DNA of 64,000 nucleotides from Parasitella parasitica NRRL 2501 (lineage: Eukaryota > Fungi > Mucoromycota). Location of the stretch: positions 62,001 to 126,000 of the forward strand of contig MU619312.1 of the NCBI GenBank assembly GCA_025201805.1, written 5' to 3'. The number at the start of each line of letters is the position of its first letter. Position 1 is the stretch's first letter. This document shows positions 62,200 through 64,000 of the stretch, in pieces. The position numbers and the translations under genes are program-made. Under the pieces are notes generated by a model. The model did no database searches and had not been told where the DNA came from. It saw only the letters and a list, made by a program, of their open reading frames with translations.

Positions 62200-63024
62200 T
62201 GCTCAGTGTGAAATACATTCACCATGATGATCTGCATTCCACTTCTAGATTCATCCAGTTACCTTAATAAATTGATATAAACTACATATGCGCACAGATA
62301 ATAAGATGTACAATACAGATTTATACTATATAAGATATAAGCTAGAGACGGCACCATTAAGATGGATGACGCTATAGACTGATACTTATATCTCGACACG
62401 AGCCTTAGACATTTACTAGATTTAGTACATGCTACGAGCTTATGCTATATAAGATCTATGCTTCAGATGCGTATTCCCAGTTTCTAGATTACGCACTACA
62501 AGACATATACCTATATCCATGATACTAGCTACAGATACATCATGTACTACAGACTTGTACAATATGTACAATGCTATAGATATGCTTATGACATGCTATA
62601 GACATGCTACATATACCGTGATATATTATGCTAAGATGAATACCAAGTGATATACACTCAGACATGTACTATTAATATAGACTGGTGGATAAGACTATAC
62701 AAGAAATGATATACGCTTATGGATCGATATTAATAATCTTCGCATAGAAGATTGATCAGGGTACTACCTCGGGTAAAGTCTATCTCCNNNNNNNNNNNNN
62801 NNNNNNNNNNNNNNNNNGCTAGTTACGCAGTATTGTCGTACATGTTAAATTGCGAGAATAGAACATTTATCCACAGTTTAAGTATATAAAGGTTCATCTA
62901 CCTGGCCAGTAGATGAACCGGAGCTTTATACACTACTTGTCGATTTGATAATAAAACCTATACCTTTATCAAGTTGACTTTATTGTTTTTTTATTATAAT
63001 TTTTTTCCGTGAATCCATATAACA
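62200..63024 (+). mobile_element. LTR-like segment spanning an assembly gap
   Basis: Homopolymer-poor stretch rich in atgct/tagac words, then TATATAAA (62883), an 11-bp hairpin, AATAAA (~62951) and a ...ATAACA end. Gap at 62788-62817 suggests a collapsed repeat. Confidence 0.4.
62788..62817. other. Assembly gap
   Basis: 30 N. Confidence 0.99.
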
Positions 63025-63704
63025 ATTTATACCGATTCCACACTCAGTACAAAAAACTAAAATTGACAAAATTACAACATACAGTAGTATCATTTCGAAA
63101 ATATTACGGTAATAACATATGCTGAGCTTTTTATTAGTATTACTGTTTATGCAAAATATACAGATTCTGATCTATCTCTTAGTACTGATCTTTAAAAATG
63201 GAGAAAATTCTATGCCGGTTTATCATGGTAGTATAGTTACAAGTGGTACCTCAAAAAGCTTTTTTGATTGAGCACGAAGCTGAATTTAAAAAAGGAAGCG
63301 CATTTTTTTGTTCAGAATGGTTCAGTTGACCAAAAAATCAATGTCGAAACTCTTTGATTGCATATTTGAAGCCAAATTCATCAGAAGTCTCCAAGCATAA
63401 TACAGTACATTGATACAAGAGTCCGTGCTCTATCTAACCGTGCAAAGATCAAAGTGAATTATATTGAAAAATTAACGGATAAAACAGAAAAACCGAGATT
63501 TTTTTTTTTAGGTTAAAATGCCATTTTTGTGTATGGAAGTTTTTATTTCAAGATATTATATGGTACCTGAGGTCTATATAAATAAATTTGTCTAGCATTG
63601 TTGCGTGATTAAACATCTTTTTTTTCGCTAAATTTGCGATTAAATAGTTTTTGACACAATCCATGAGTAGTCCTAAGGGAAAAATGTGCCTTGAAAGGAG
63701 TCTG

Positions 63705-64000
63705 AAAAAAGTCTGATTGTGTGTCGTTCCTAACACAATTGTGGTTGCCTCCACTCGGACATCGGATGTGGTTATGGGCTCTCAAGCCACGCTTTATTTT
63801 CAATATAAATATATAATAAACTTTTATCCTGTTCCCTTTATACCTTTCAAAGCCGCGCACCGTGGAAATACTATGTCAAGTATCAATGGACTCACCGACG
63901 AAAAAATTCAAAAATTACTTGAATTCTATGAACAATACCAAGGAGATCACAATGAAGAAGCATTTGACAGGTCACAGCTCTTTGACTTACCTACACAAAT
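63705..64000 (+). mobile_element. Possible 5' end of a retroelement (DIRS/Ngaro-like gag start); ORF from 63873 runs off the window
   Basis: Open frame MSSINGLTDEKIQKLLEFYEQYQGDHNEEAFDRSQLFDLPTQ after a GC-richer non-coding leader. Assignment is by recalled resemblance only. Confidence 0.25.

Overview
Eukaryotic, intron-rich genomic DNA from an early-diverging fungus, very probably Mucorales. This is inferred from short GT-AG introns with CTAAC/CTAAT branch points, low GC, a single-chain ATP-citrate lyase, and DDX21-, DNAJC12- and LMBD1-like genes. About 22 intact protein-coding genes can be reconstructed: ACL, two Msn2/Ste12-type C2H2 factors, RPL31, DNAJC12-like, DDX21-like, NUDIX, CENP-O, HIRIP3-like, F-BAR/RhoGAP, MFS, bHLH, LMBD1, DOP1, NOB1, RAD1, LYS1, eIF1, a secreted 3D-domain protein, RTG2 and an FLC/TRP-like channel. 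Decayed mobile DNA includes an intron-containing Fanzor (eukaryotic TnpB-like RNA-guided nuclease) relic at about 53.2-55.1 kb, a MULE transposase relic at about 45.5-47.2 kb, LTR-like segments, and a possible retroelement start at the right edge. No tRNA, rRNA or CRISPR array was found. Top leads are the Fanzor relic with its 3' omega-RNA region, an eIF1 gene whose start-codon logic appears inverted, and a secreted MltA/3D-domain protein. All family calls come from motif recognition by eye; no database searches were run.
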